Positions 37,535 to 48,060 of a stretch of 64,000 nucleotides of DNA are shown piece after piece. Below the pieces are notes generated by a model. That model had not been told where the DNA came from, did not search any database, and saw nothing but the letters and a program-made list of their open reading frames with translations. Location: assembly GCA_041690135.1 (NCBI GenBank), contig JAWLHY010000018.1:106683-170682 (forward strand). The letters are read 5' to 3'. Each line of letters begins with the position of its first letter. Position 1 is the first letter of the stretch. The stretch is from Armatimonadota bacterium (GTDB taxonomy: Bacteria; Armatimonadota; SYMT01). A program made the position numbers and the translations under genes.

Positions 37535-38275
37535 CTAAACCGCGGCAGGCTCGAGGATACCGCCGAAACGACGCTCGCGGGACTGGTAAACGCGGATGGC
37601 TTCTTCCAGGTCGCGGCCGGTGAAGTCGGGCCAGAGCACCGGGGTGACGTAGATCTCGCTGTAGGCGGCCTGCCAGAGCAGGAAGTTGCTGAGGCGCATT
37701 TCCCCGCCGGTTCGGACCAGGAGATCCGGGTCGGGCATGTCGGGGTTGTACATCTCCCGGGTGATCGCCTCCTCCGTGATCTCACCAGGCTCGATAACCC
37801 CCAGGGCCGCTTTTTCGGCCAGCCGCCGTGCAGCATCCACGATCTCGGCCCGGCCGCCGTAGTTGATGGCCAGGTTGAGGTTAAGCCCCGTGTTCTCGCG
37901 GGTAAGCGCCATGTCCCGGCGCAACTCTTCCTGCAGGGAAATGGGCAACTCCTCCATGCGACCGATGACCCGGAGCCGGACATTCTTGCGGTGCAGCTCC
38001 TGGATGCGCTTTCGAGCCACGAACTCGATCAGCCGCATCAGCGCGCTGACCTCTTCCAGAGGGCGGCGCCAGTTCTCGGCGCTGAAGGTGTAGAGGGTCA
38101 GGTGCTGGACCCCCACCTGGCCGCAATATTCGACTATATCGTGGACGGTCTGTTCGCCCCGGCGGTGGCCCTCGACCCGGGGGAGGCCCCGGCGCTTGGC
38201 CCAGCGGCCGTTGCCGTCCATTACGATGGCGATGTGTCGGGGGACGCGCGTCGGGTCCAGGTCACTCACGTGCAT
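37535..38275 (-). CDS. uppS: Isoprenyl transferase (undecaprenyl diphosphate synthase)
   Basis: PRHIAIVMDGNGRWA, FSAENWRRP, NYGGRAEI and RTGGEMRLSNFLLWQAAYSE. Confidence 0.96.
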   Translation of the reverse strand: MHVSDLDPTRVPRHIAIVMDGNGRWAKRRGLPRVEGHRRGEQTVHDIVEYCGQVGVQHLTLYTFSAENWRRPLEEVSALMRLIEFVARKRIQELHRKNVRLRVIGRMEELPISLQEELRRDMALTRENTGLNLNLAINYGGRAEIVDAARRLAEKAALGVIEPGEITEEAITREMYNPDMPDPDLLVRTGGEMRLSNFLLWQAAYSEIYVTPVLWPDFTGRDLEEAIRVYQSRERRFGGILEPAAV

Positions 38276-38410
38276 AGAAGTCTCCACCAGGCGGATCGAA
38301 CAGCTACTTCAGCTTCTCCGATCTCTTTGTGCCACAAAGTTCCCTCTGAGTTCCTATTATAGGCCGCCCGGGTTTGGTAGAGCCACTGTGAAGACGGAAA
38401 TTGCCCGGCC

Positions 38411-38983
38411 CTATACCTCGAGGAGTTCTTCTTCTTTGCTCTTCTGCACGTTGTCCAGTTCGTGGACGTGCTTGTCCGTGATTTTCTGGACGTCTCCCTC
38501 CGTACGCTTCTCCTCATCCTCGCCGATATCGCCCGCCTTCTTGAGGGACCGCAGGTCCTCGATCACATCGCGGCGGATGTTACGGATGGCCACCTTCCCC
38601 TCTTCCACCCGCTTGTGCACCTGCTTGATGAGGTTCTTGCGTGTCTCTTCCGTAAGCTGCGGGATGATGAGCCGGATGACCTGGCCGTCGCTGTTTGGAT
38701 TGAGCCCGATATCGGACTTGAGGATGGCCCGTTCGATGGCGGGGACGGAGCTCTTGTCGAACGGGGTGATGACCAGCATCCGCGGCTCGGGCGCACTGAC
38801 GTTCGCGACCTGGTTAACGGGGAGCTTGGAGCCGTAGTAGTCGACTTCGACTCGATCGAGGATCTGGGGGTTAGCGCGGCCGGTGCGGATGGCCTGCAGA
38901 TCGTGCTGCGTTGCCTCGATTGCCCGCTGCATCCGGTGGTCGGCGTCCTTCAGAAGCTCTTTCAACAACTCGGTTTCAGCCAT
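38411..38983 (-). CDS. frr: Ribosome recycling factor
   Basis: IRTGRANP, VDYYG, LTEETRK and KVAIRNIRRD. Confidence 0.97.
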   Translation of the reverse strand: MAETELLKELLKDADHRMQRAIEATQHDLQAIRTGRANPQILDRVEVDYYGSKLPVNQVANVSAPEPRMLVITPFDKSSVPAIERAILKSDIGLNPNSDGQVIRLIIPQLTEETRKNLIKQVHKRVEEGKVAIRNIRRDVIEDLRSLKKAGDIGEDEEKRTEGDVQKITDKHVHELDNVQKSKEEELLEV

Positions 38984-39065
38984 CTTTCCCTTCCTATCGC
39001 GTTTTTTGTCGGAGGCATTTGTCGTGGCGGGTGCCCGGCCGGGTGACGAGCCGCTGGCTACTGCC

Positions 39066-39809
39066 TCAGCGGGCCCCTACCACGGTACCCACGGGTTCCC
39101 CAAGCAGCACGCGCCGGATATTGCCGGGTTGATTAAGATCGAAGACCACGATCGGAATCCGGTTTTCCATACTCAAGGAGAATGCCGTCAGGTCCATCAC
39201 CTTGAGGCGGAGGCGGAACGCTTCTTCGTGACTGATCTCCTCGAACCGTTGCGCGTCGGGGTTCTTGCGCGGGTCGCGATCGTACACGCCGTCGATGTTG
39301 GTCGCCTTGAGGATGGCGTTGGCGCGGATCTCTACGGCCCGGAGCGCGGCGGCCGTATCGGTGGTGAAATAGGGGTTACCGGTGCCGGCGCCGAAGATCA
39401 CCACCCGACCCTTTTCGAGATGCCGCATGGCCCGTCGCCGGATGAAGGGCTCGGCTACGGAGGTCATCGTGAGCCCGGTTTGGGTGCGGACCTGGAGGCC
39501 CAACTTCTCGAGGGCGTCCTGAAGGGCGAGGGCGTTGATAACGGTCGCCAGCATCCCCATGTGATCGGCCGTGGTGCGTTCGATACCGGCCTGGCTGGCC
39601 AGTTCTCCGCGGATGATGTTTCCGCCGCCCACGACCACCGCGAGTTCCGCGCCGAGTTCACTCACGGCGCGGATCTCTTCGGCGATGCGACGGACGGTCG
39701 GGGCGTCGATACCGACGCCCTGACCGCCCGCAAATGCCTCGCCGCTCAGCTTGAGCAGGACTCGCTTCCAGCGAAGTCCCTGATCGTCAGACTGAGGAGA
39801 GTCGCTCAA
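39066..39809 (-). CDS. pyrH: UMP kinase
   Basis: [17 protein letters not shown] and [20 protein letters not shown]. Confidence 0.97.
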   Translation of the reverse strand: MSDSPQSDDQGLRWKRVLLKLSGEAFAGGQGVGIDAPTVRRIAEEIRAVSELGAELAVVVGGGNIIRGELASQAGIERTTADHMGMLATVINALALQDALEKLGLQVRTQTGLTMTSVAEPFIRRRAMRHLEKGRVVIFGAGTGNPYFTTDTAAALRAVEIRANAILKATNIDGVYDRDPRKNPDAQRFEEISHEEAFRLRLKVMDLTAFSLSMENRIPIVVFDLNQPGNIRRVLLGEPVGTVVGAR

Positions 39810-39813
39810 TGGA

Positions 39814-40431
39814 TCAGGCTCCGCTCTCGCCCTGAACCTCTCCGCCGACCTGGAAGCGGACGAAGCGACGGACCTGGATGTTCTCCTTGATCTTGGCCGC
39901 CAGGTCCTGCACCAGGTCCCCTACCTTGCGCTTCGGATCGCGCATGTAAGGCTGGGTCAGGAGGCTGTTCTCCTCCACGAACTTCTTCACCCGGCCCTCG
40001 ACGATCTTCGGGATCGCGGCCTCCGGACGGCCCTCGTTACGCGCCAGGTTAGCGGCGATCTCCCGCTCGCGCTCAACGATGTCGGCCGGCACGTCCTCGG
40101 GCTTCAGGTAGGTCGGGTTGGAGAACGCGACCTGCATCGCCAGTTCGCGGGCCAGCGCCTGGAACTCCTCGTTGCGGGCCACGAAGTCCGTCTCGCAGTT
40201 CAGTTCGACCATGACGCCGATCTTGCCGCCGAGGTGCACGTAGGAGCCCACGGCGCCTTCCGCGGCGCTGCGTCCCGAGCGCTCGGCCGCCTTGGCGATG
40301 CCCTTCTCGCGCAGCCACTTGATCGCGTCTTCGACGTTGCCGTTCGCCTCGGTCAGCGCCTTCTTACAGTCCATCATCCCGGCGCCCGTCTTCTCGCGGA
40401 GCGCCGCCACATCCTTAGCTGAGATTGACAT
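39814..40431 (-). CDS. tsf: Translation elongation factor Ts (short form)
   Basis: [16 protein letters not shown] and [10 protein letters not shown]. Confidence 0.97.
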   Translation of the reverse strand: MSISAKDVAALREKTGAGMMDCKKALTEANGNVEDAIKWLREKGIAKAAERSGRSAAEGAVGSYVHLGGKIGVMVELNCETDFVARNEEFQALARELAMQVAFSNPTYLKPEDVPADIVEREREIAANLARNEGRPEAAIPKIVEGRVKKFVEENSLLTQPYMRDPKRKVGDLVQDLAAKIKENIQVRRFVRFQVGGEVQGESGA

Positions 40432-40454
40432 TGTCGTCCCCTTGCCCTGTGCCC

Positions 40455-41294
40455 TTACTCAGGAAAATTGGTCTCTTCCTCATCGGAAGCGGCCACGGCG
40501 TCTTCATCCACCCGGCCGGTCACCTCGCCCTCTTCGGCGTCGGGAGCCTGCGCGAGATATTCCAGGGTCTCCTGGTCCATCTCTTCCACAGCCTCTTCCT
40601 CGGGCGACCACTGCTCGCCGCGCACTTCCACGATGGCGTCCGCCACCCGCATCGTCATCAGGCGGATCGCGCGGATAGCGTCGTCGTTGGCGGGAATCCC
40701 GTAGTCCACCTCGTCCGGATCGCAGTTCGTATCCAGCACGGCCACAATCGGGATACCCAGCTTATGCGCTTCCTGCACCGCGATCCGCTCCTTGCGGGTG
40801 TCCACGATGAACAGCGCGTCCGGCAGATCCCGCATATCGCGGATGCCGCCCAGGAACCGCTCCAGCTTCTCCCGCTCTTCGTTCAGGCGCAGCTGTTCCT
40901 TCTTCGGGAAGCGGGTCATCGTTCCGTCTTCGATCCAGCGGTCCAGTTCCTTGAGCCGCTCGACGCGCCCCTTGATCGTGGGGAAGTTCGTGAGCATGCC
41001 TCCCAGCCAGCGCTCGTTGACGAAGTACGAACCGGAGCGCTTGGCCGCGATGCGGATCGGCTCCTGGGCCTGCTTCTTGGTCCCCACGAACAGGACGTGC
41101 CCGTTGTTCTCGGTGAGGTCCTTCAGGAAGCTGGCCGCCTCGTCGAAGAGGCTGACGGTCTGGTGCAGGTCGAGAATGTAAATTCCCCCGCGCGACCCGT
41201 AAATGTACCGCTTCATTTTCGGGTTCCAGCGGCGGGTGTGGTGCCCGAAGTGGACGCCCGCTTCGAGCAATTCACGCATGTTGACAGATGCCAC
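40455..41294 (-). CDS. rpsB: 30S ribosomal protein S2
   Basis: [24 protein letters not shown] and [12 protein letters not shown] start after AAGGAG. Confidence 0.97.
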   Translation of the reverse strand: MASVNMRELLEAGVHFGHHTRRWNPKMKRYIYGSRGGIYILDLHQTVSLFDEAASFLKDLTENNGHVLFVGTKKQAQEPIRIAAKRSGSYFVNERWLGGMLTNFPTIKGRVERLKELDRWIEDGTMTRFPKKEQLRLNEEREKLERFLGGIRDMRDLPDALFIVDTRKERIAVQEAHKLGIPIVAVLDTNCDPDEVDYGIPANDDAIRAIRLMTMRVADAIVEVRGEQWSPEEEAVEEMDQETLEYLAQAPDAEEGEVTGRVDEDAVAASDEEETNFPE

Positions 41295-41307
41295 GGATTT
41301 TCTCCTT

Positions 41308-41407
41308 CGGTTGAATGGTCTCTGGGACCAGCCTCCCCTTCCCTCTTTCGCAGCGCGCAACCCCGCGGTTGCGAGGGCACCGGCGCGCTCGTCAGGAAGG
41401 GTGTGTA
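41308..41407 (-). promoter_or_regulatory. Putative rpsB (S2) autoregulatory leader RNA
   Basis: The minus strand reads ACACAC-CCTTCC...GCCGGTGCCC...GGAAGG-GGAGG...AACC. This is the layout of the known bacterial S2 leader, with a CCTTCC/GGAAGG closing stem. Confidence 0.6.
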
Positions 41408-41697
41408 GTCGCACGACTACCGGCCAGGTAAACCCGGCCGGGGAAACACCCGCCCATATTACCACGAACGAGGGGAGTTCGGAAGGCCCCCGGGGCGGAT
41501 AAGGATCGGGATGAAGATAAGGATAAGGAGGGCGAAGTTCAGGATGGAATGCCACGGATTTTGGCCGGAGACGATGGGGACGATGAGGATCTGTACTACT
41601 GTGAACTGTCTTCGTGCGGACATCCACCTTCCTTATGGGGTGGCGAATGTTGCACGCAAGATCGAGAAGGGACGGCCGAACACCAGAAGGCGGTGAA

Positions 41698-42711
41698 GTG
41701 CACGGCGGTCAGCGGCATAGCGGACGGGCACGGAACTGGTGGAAGGTCATCGTGGGCCTTCTGTCCCTGCTGCTGCTGGACTACCTGCTCTACCCGTGGG
41801 CGGCGGGGGTGCGGGCACCGACGGGGAACCGCGGGGAGAACGGGTTGTGGCTGCGGTACCACTGGTACTTCGGACGCAAGACGGATGCGGAGATCGCCGC
41901 GCTGGCGGAGCGCCTGCCCTCCCAGCAGATCCGATATGCCTACTTTCATGTGCGGCACGTCACGCGGGACGGGTCGCTCCGCCATCGTTATCCGGAGCCG
42001 GCCTTGCGCCTTAACCGACTCCTGAAGGCCCGCGCGCCGGGAGTGCGGCGGATTGCCTGGGTGTTTGCAGGCAACCTCCACCGAGCGCCGGGGCTGGCGG
42101 AAGTCGACTTGGCCGATCCCCGGGTGCGCAGGCGCATGGTGGAAGAGGCCCGCTGGTTGGTGGAGCGGTGCGGGTTCGATGGGGTGCAGTGGGACTACGA
42201 GATCTGCGAGAATGGCGACCCCCACTTCCTCTCTCTGCTGGAGGAAACCCGAGAAATATTGCCGCCGGGCGCCAGCCTTTCCGCGGCCACGGCCCTCTGG
42301 CTGCCGGACCCGGTAACGCGTCGCTGGGGCTGGGATGAGGCGTATTTCCGCCAGGTGGCGAAGCGCTGTGATCAACTGGCGGTGATGGGGTACGATACCG
42401 CGATGTACCTCCCGCGAGCCTATGTCGGCCTGATCCGCCGGCAGGTGGTGCACGTGACGCGGGCTGTAGCGGATGCCAATGCGAGTTGCCGCGTTTTGAT
42501 CGGCGTGCCGACCTACGCCCGCGGGGGGCTTTCGCACCACGCTTATGCGGAGAACCTTTCCCTGGCGCTCAAAGGGGTCCGGGAAGGCCTGGCGGACCGC
42601 GCCGCGCGTCCGGAAGTGTTCGCCGGAACCGCGCCGTTCGCGGACTACACCACGCAGCCGGAGGAGTGGCGGGTCTTTCGGCGCCTCTGGTTGTGCGATT
42701 TGCGAGAGTAG
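41698..42711 (+). CDS. GH18-like glycoside hydrolase with an N-terminal membrane anchor
   Basis: [10 protein letters not shown] (DxxDxDxE-like), QLAVMGYD and VLIGVPTY. Start uncertain (41635-41698). Confidence 0.75.
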   Translation: MHGGQRHSGRARNWWKVIVGLLSLLLLDYLLYPWAAGVRAPTGNRGENGLWLRYHWYFGRKTDAEIAALAERLPSQQIRYAYFHVRHVTRDGSLRHRYPEPALRLNRLLKARAPGVRRIAWVFAGNLHRAPGLAEVDLADPRVRRRMVEEARWLVERCGFDGVQWDYEICENGDPHFLSLLEETREILPPGASLSAATALWLPDPVTRRWGWDEAYFRQVAKRCDQLAVMGYDTAMYLPRAYVGLIRRQVVHVTRAVADANASCRVLIGVPTYARGGLSHHAYAENLSLALKGVREGLADRAARPEVFAGTAPFADYTTQPEEWRVFRRLWLCDLRE

Positions 42712-43052
42712 TGGGGGTTTGGGTCGTGGGTTCGCATTAGCCGGGGTTGGCTATTCCCCACACGGCACTTGGGTGGCCACACGCCTTTCGTCGTAGTTCC
42801 AGTACGGCTTCGCCTTTGAAGTATCGTACGCCTTCGGTCTCCGCACCCGCAGATGTAGGGCAGGCTTTTCGATGCCTGCCGCGTTCTGGGCACGTACCCG
42901 TCCTGCCGTGTGGGACTCCGCGCCACCGTCGGTATGGCGCAAACGGATTGGCGTCACCGCCTGCGGTATTGAACGGCTCTATGCCCTACGTTGCGTCAGG
43001 TGTACGTCTGACTCCCTACCGGGACCACTCCCGGAATGGCTGCGATAACGCT

Positions 43053-43604
43053 TCACCTACGGTCGACCACGATGAACTTCCGGAACCAGGCGCCAAATCG
43101 TTCTACCGGCCAGCCGGACTCCGCCAGACGGCGGGACAGGGCCTGCCGTTGCAGGATCTCTTCCAGCGTGGGCGCATGGATAAGCACCTCGTGCTCGTGC
43201 GCCCCCTGGAGCAGGTCGCGCAGCATTTGCACGACTCCCCCCACCAGGGTGGGCCGGCCGTCGAACCCGGTGGTGAGGTAGCAGGCGCCGCTATGGACCA
43301 CTGCGGATGCGGGCGCATCCGGCAGCTCCGTTCCGGTCCGGGAACACACCTCGGCCGCGCAGTCCAGGGCGGCACCGGGATCCTCCTGAAACAAGACCAG
43401 GATGCTCCCCGGCTCTTGAAGCGCGGTCACGCTGCCCTGTTCCCGGCCTCTTCCGTAGGCCGAGCTATCCCGGATCAACTGCTGAAGGCAGCACAAACAC
43501 CGCTTCTGGAGATCTGTGGGAAGCAGGCCGACGCACGGTATACCGAACGCGACCCCGCCGGCGAACACGATGCGTGCCCCGCACTCTGACTGCTGTGTCA
43601 ACAT
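43053..43604 (-). CDS. Degenerate class III nucleotidyl cyclase-like protein
   Basis: SILVLFQEDPGAALDCA, AVVHSGAC, LVGGVVQMLRDLL and EVLIH follow the GDG...GIHSG...GxxVNxAxR...xILIS layout, but the catalytic residues are lost. Confidence 0.5.
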   Translation of the reverse strand: MLTQQSECGARIVFAGGVAFGIPCVGLLPTDLQKRCLCCLQQLIRDSSAYGRGREQGSVTALQEPGSILVLFQEDPGAALDCAAEVCSRTGTELPDAPASAVVHSGACYLTTGFDGRPTLVGGVVQMLRDLLQGAHEHEVLIHAPTLEEILQRQALSRRLAESGWPVERFGAWFRKFIVVDRR

Positions 43605-43705
43605 GCCTGTAGAAATAGGCAGATCAAGCCCTTGCCGCAAGCCGAGCTTCTCACAGTCAGGGTGCGGGCCGTTTCGCCGCTTCCACCCAATCGCTCCTCG
43701 TGGCG

Positions 43706-44149
43706 CTACAGGCTCGCCGAGCCGTACATGAACTCGCGGAGCGAGTGGATGGTTTCTTCCCGGTCGCTGGCGTGGTAGGCGTTCAGATCGCCGATGGAGA
43801 CGAGCCCGACCAGGCGGCTGTGGTGATCGCAGATCGGCAGGTGGCGGATGCGGTGGTCCTTCATCACGCGGCCCACCTCTTCCAGCGAAGTCTCTGGAGC
43901 GCGGAAGAGGACATCTTCCGTCATCACGTCCGCCACGGGAATCTCCGCGGGCCGGCGCTGGCTCTCCACGACGCGCCGGAGCACGTCCCGTTCGGTGAAG
44001 ATCCCCGCGATGCGCCCCCGGCACATCACCACCACGCATCCCACCCGCTCGCGGTTCATCACGCGGACGGCATCGAGCACCGTTGCGCTCTGGTCGACCG
44101 TGTGCACCTGTGAGCCTTTCCGTCGCAAGATCTCCGATACGTTAGCCAT
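43706..44149 (-). CDS. CBS domain protein
   Basis: GIFTERDV, VADVMT, IRHLPI and LVGLVSIGDL. Confidence 0.92.
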   Translation of the reverse strand: MANVSEILRRKGSQVHTVDQSATVLDAVRVMNRERVGCVVVMCRGRIAGIFTERDVLRRVVESQRRPAEIPVADVMTEDVLFRAPETSLEEVGRVMKDHRIRHLPICDHHSRLVGLVSIGDLNAYHASDREETIHSLREFMYGSASL

Positions 44150-44238
44150 CGGGGTCCCTCTCTTTTCTCCCGGCTGAATGGCGCCGGTTGAGACTGACTA
44201 CGCGCTTGGCTAACGGATTCCTGCAAGGGAATGGGGAC

Positions 44239-44517
44239 TCAATTCTCCATCGATTGCGCCTCGATGCGACGCTTCATATCCACTACATAGCTACAGAGCC
44301 GGTGGACGATCGTGACGAACCCGGCGAAAAGGATCCCCAGGATGATCAACACGTAGGCGAGAGCGGACTGCACGTCCAGGGCTCGGGCTTCACTGCCGAT
44401 GTGACCCAGGTAGAGGCTTAACAGGAACTCGTAAATCCCAAAGGCGACCAGAAACCAGAGCGTCCACTGGATGGCCCGCAGGTCGCGGGAGATCCGGCTC
44501 AGTTCTTTCTCCATCAT
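44239..44517 (-). CDS. Small membrane protein
   Basis: Two hydrophobic helices. ATG start. Confidence 0.55.
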   Translation of the reverse strand: MMEKELSRISRDLRAIQWTLWFLVAFGIYEFLLSLYLGHIGSEARALDVQSALAYVLIILGILFAGFVTIVHRLCSYVVDMKRRIEAQSMEN

Positions 44518-44602
44518 CGCTTTCCGTCGGTAGCAGCCCGGCTTGGTTGCCGGAGGTCGGCCTCACTGTTTCCAAGACACTTTCGGCTCTCAGAGAGCCA
44601 GG

Positions 44603-44974
44603 CTAAAGACCCTCAAGGGAGATGGTTGCGGGAAAAAGCTTTTCGTCGGCGGGTTTGAGGAAGACGGGTCCGGGAACCCCCGGCACTTCCGTGGCCGAGA
44701 GGGCTTGCACTTCACGCCGCAGAAACCGGCAAGGGAGCCCGGGGAGCCAGTCTAATGACGGCTCCACCAGGCACAGACCTAGCTCCTCGGCGACGAACCG
44801 GCAGAAGAACGACTCTCCATAGACCTTTACGTCGCGGTCACGCAGAGTCGAGCGTACTTGCCAGTGGTGCAAGCGCTCCACGTCCCAGCCGGCCCCGACT
44901 GCCGCTCGCCAGAGGGCGACGGAATCGCCGGTGTAGCGCGGCGGCAGTGCCAGAACCGGCGGCTGCGTGTTCAC
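44603..44974 (-). pseudogene. Truncated ATP-grasp (DUF4343-like) protein, N-terminal half
   Basis: LPPRYTGDSVALWRAA..GWDVERL, YGESFF, LVEPSLDWLPGLP..LRREV and PVFLKPADEKLF, followed by a premature stop. Confidence 0.55.
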
Positions 44975-44979
44975 CGGTT

Positions 44980-45810
44980 CTACCGGCCCGCCGCCGCTGG
45001 CACAACACTGGGGATAGAGGTGACCGTCACCTTGCCCGTGGCGGCCCATTCCGTGCCGCGGGCCGCGAGCAGCATAAACTGCGGGTCCTGCATGGCCCGG
45101 AGATCGTGCCCCAGCGGGGTGTGGAAAACCCGGCCCTGCCCAAAGGTCTTGACCAGCGCCATCGGCTCAGCCGCCCCCGTTCCGCCCGTGCTCTTGTCCG
45201 AGAAGGCCGTGGCCAGGATAGTCATCGGCTCGTCCGGGGTCACCGTCAGGCGATGGTACAACTCATCCGGATGCGCCTTCATGTCCGGCAGGCCGCGGGT
45301 AATGGGATGATCTGTCACGACGTAGTTGACGTCGAACTCATGGTAGGCGCCGTGCCCCGCCCCCTGGCGCCAACCGATCCCGATGATCCGGTCGTAATCG
45401 GCCCAGCCGGAGAAGGCATTGTTCGCGGCGTGGATCACGGAGACACCCTTCCCGTTCCGGACTGCCTCCAGGAAGTTGGCGTCCGCCGCCGCGCCCCAGC
45501 GGGGGCCGTTGTAGTTGAGCACGATCACGTCGTACCCGGCGAGGTTTTTCTTGTCGGCCAGGTATGTGCCCGGGTCTTCCGTGGTGTTCACTTCAAAACG
45601 GCCGGTGGCTTCCAGGAACTTCTCGATATGCGGGCTCGTCAGCCGCCAGTTGTGGTTGTTCTGTCCCGTCACCAGGAGTGCCCAGAGTTTGCGCGGGGCT
45701 CCGGTTGCGGGGCGCTCCGCAGACACCATCCCCGCGGTTGCGGCCGTCAGGCAGCCGGCCAGGGCCTGGCGGAGCACGGCGCGGCGGCGCCACAAGAGGT
45801 TTTCAGCCAT
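44980..45810 (-). CDS. ThuA-like domain protein with a possible Tat signal
   Basis: RRRAVL N-terminus, TGQNNHNW, HPITRGLP, DELY and GQGRVFHTPLGHD. Confidence 0.85.
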   Translation of the reverse strand: MAENLLWRRRAVLRQALAGCLTAATAGMVSAERPATGAPRKLWALLVTGQNNHNWRLTSPHIEKFLEATGRFEVNTTEDPGTYLADKKNLAGYDVIVLNYNGPRWGAAADANFLEAVRNGKGVSVIHAANNAFSGWADYDRIIGIGWRQGAGHGAYHEFDVNYVVTDHPITRGLPDMKAHPDELYHRLTVTPDEPMTILATAFSDKSTGGTGAAEPMALVKTFGQGRVFHTPLGHDLRAMQDPQFMLLAARGTEWAATGKVTVTSIPSVVPAAAGR

Positions 45811-46043
45811 TGAACCCACCCTTCGATACTAGGAAATAAGCGACTACATTCTTTGACCGCCCGGTTCGGACGCCGGTTGCGCCTGTTTGAGGTGCCTGGC
45901 GGAAGGCTCTCCCGTGAGCGCGGGATTCCGGAAGGATCTTCCGTGGGCGGGACCCAAGGGGATCTGTAGTCAGCCGTTATTCTTTCCCAGTTTCGAGGAT
46001 CCCGACCATGGCTCCCCTCGTTCCCCGCAAGTCGCTGCGAACC

Positions 46044-47582
46044 ATGTATTTCATCCGCGCGCCGCATCTGCAGGCCCTGATCCTCGCCTTGCTGGTGCTG
46101 TTGGTCACTGCCGCCCGGCCCCACCCGCTCCATGCTGCCGGAGCACCCCAGTTGCTGGCGGGAGTGGCGAAGGTGGACATCACCAACCGGGAAGCGGGCC
46201 CGGTCAACGATCCTCTTTACGTCAAAGCCCTCGCGCTGAAAGAAGGCGGCACTACCGCCGTTATCATCACCGTGGATGCGGTGGCCATCGCGGAGATCGG
46301 GTCGATCCGCAACGAGTATCTCCGGAACGTGCGCAGTGCCTTGCAGCGTGAGTTGAAGATTGAGGCCCGGCATGTGTTGATCAACGCGAGCCACTGCCAT
46401 GGGGTGGTTTGCGCCGACATCGAGGCGCGTACGCTCCGAGCGGTCCGGGAGGCCTTGCAGGCTTTGACTCCGGTCCGAGTCGGCGCCGGGAAGGGTCGTG
46501 AGGACCGGATCTCGGAGAACCGGCGGCTCAAGCTGAAGGATGGACGTGAGGCCGACGTCCGCCATGCCTACTCGCTGCCGGCGGACAGCGAGATCGCGGG
46601 AGTAGGCCCTATCGATCCGGAGATCGGCCTCCTGCGACTGGACCGGACCGACGGTCGTCCTTACGCCGTGGTCTATAACTTCGCCTGCCATCCGATCCAG
46701 GGGGTGCCGAACGGCGGCAACACCGCAGATCTTGTCGGCTACGCGTCGGGAGTGATCGAAGACGGAATGGGCGAAGGCACGATGGCGTTCTTTCTTCAGG
46801 GCTGCGCTGGAGACATCAACCCGGTCCGGTACAAGGACGTCTCCCAGCCGCGCGACGCCGAGCCTCTGGGGAACCTGTTGGGCTTGAGTGCCATGCGAGC
46901 CGCCAAGCGGATCCGCACGCGGGAAGGGGGCTCGCTCAAGGTGATCAACGAGGTGATCCAGTTGCCGCGCGCCGATTTTGCCCGGCGGATTGCGGCGCTG
47001 GAAGCGGAACAGGCCCGGCTGCTCCGCTCCCTTACGGGCACGACCCTCAATCTGAAGACCTTTGTGGAACTGCTGGTGAAGCACGGTCTCTCCGCCGAGT
47101 TCCCCTCCTACAACTCCCACCTCTACCTGCACGAGACGGCGCAGGGACGAGAGCTCCTCAAGCGGTTCGATGCGGAGAACCGGCGAAACGTGGAGCAGTA
47201 TCTCCGGAATGTCTATGCCATGGAAGAGCTGACCCGCATCCAGGAGAACCTGAACCTGATGCGGAAGCATCACGCCCGCAACGTCTCTTCCGGCGAGAAG
47301 ACGATCGATGTGGAGGTGGCCGGCCTGCGGGTCGGGGAGTTCCTGTTGGTCACTTTTCCGGGTGAGCTCACCGTGCGGGTCGGCCTGAACATCAAGAAGG
47401 CCTCGCCCCACCCGCTGACCTTTGTTGCCGGCTATACCAACGGCTACCTCTACTACGCCCCAACTTCCGAGCAAGCTCGCAATACCGGCTGTGCCCAGGA
47501 AGACAGCGAATGCCTCCTGGCGCCCGAATGGCAGCCGATCTACGAGAAGAAGGCCCAGGAGATACTGCAGAAGCTTCTCTAA
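46044..47582 (+). CDS. Neutral/alkaline ceramidase-like secreted hydrolase
   Basis: AGVAKVDIT, DPLYVKALAL, INASHCH, NRR, YNFACHP, FLQGCAGDINP, FPGEL and GYTNGYLYYAP. Confidence 0.78.
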   Translation: MYFIRAPHLQALILALLVLLVTAARPHPLHAAGAPQLLAGVAKVDITNREAGPVNDPLYVKALALKEGGTTAVIITVDAVAIAEIGSIRNEYLRNVRSALQRELKIEARHVLINASHCHGVVCADIEARTLRAVREALQALTPVRVGAGKGREDRISENRRLKLKDGREADVRHAYSLPADSEIAGVGPIDPEIGLLRLDRTDGRPYAVVYNFACHPIQGVPNGGNTADLVGYASGVIEDGMGEGTMAFFLQGCAGDINPVRYKDVSQPRDAEPLGNLLGLSAMRAAKRIRTREGGSLKVINEVIQLPRADFARRIAALEAEQARLLRSLTGTTLNLKTFVELLVKHGLSAEFPSYNSHLYLHETAQGRELLKRFDAENRRNVEQYLRNVYAMEELTRIQENLNLMRKHHARNVSSGEKTIDVEVAGLRVGEFLLVTFPGELTVRVGLNIKKASPHPLTFVAGYTNGYLYYAPTSEQARNTGCAQEDSECLLAPEWQPIYEKKAQEILQKLL

Positions 47583-47724
47583 TGACGAAAGTCGGTGAAG
47601 TATAGTTGACGCACCGCGGCCCGGATGTCTCGTTCCGTGTCTTGGACCCGAATGCTGTGAGTGTAGTGCGTGGGTATAATCTTTTGAACGGCTCGTGGAT
47701 TCCCCGATGCTAGGAGAGTTTGGG

Positions 47725-48060
47725 ATGGAGATTCCCGTGTTGATTGAACCAGTCCTCGGCGATGGCTACAGAGCCACAGGAGGCGAGCCTTTCGCCGTGT
47801 CCGCAGAAGGTGCCACCCGTGACGAGGCTCTGGCGCGACTTCGGCACCTGATCGCCGGACGTTTTTCCGCCGGTGCGGAAGTCGTCGCTCTGCAGATTCC
47901 GGCGGCATCGCACCCGTGGGAGCCGTTTGCGGGGATGCTCCGGGATGAGCCACTTTTCGACGAGTGGCAACGGGCTATTCAAGAGGCGGTGACCCGCAAC
48001 GCTCGCGACTTTGCCAGAGTTCCGGGCCTAGAATGGGAGAACTGGGCAGAGCTTACCTGA
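47725..48060 (+). CDS. HicB-like antitoxin fused in frame to the C-terminal fragment of a PIN/VapC toxin
   Basis: IPVLIEPVLGDGYRATG...AEGATRDEALARL (HicB-like fold), followed directly by VTRNARDFARVPGLEWENW (VapC C-terminal signature). Confidence 0.7.
   Translation: MEIPVLIEPVLGDGYRATGGEPFAVSAEGATRDEALARLRHLIAGRFSAGAEVVALQIPAASHPWEPFAGMLRDEPLFDEWQRAIQEAVTRNARDFARVPGLEWENWAELT

Noticed and set aside
41295-41627. 111-aa N-terminal extension of RpsB in the ORF track
   Set aside because: It corresponds to the promoter and leader region. A good RBS precedes GTG 41294.
42712-43052. Short ORFs or an ncRNA in the 340-bp gap
   Set aside because: No RBS-supported ORF and no convincing structure recognised.
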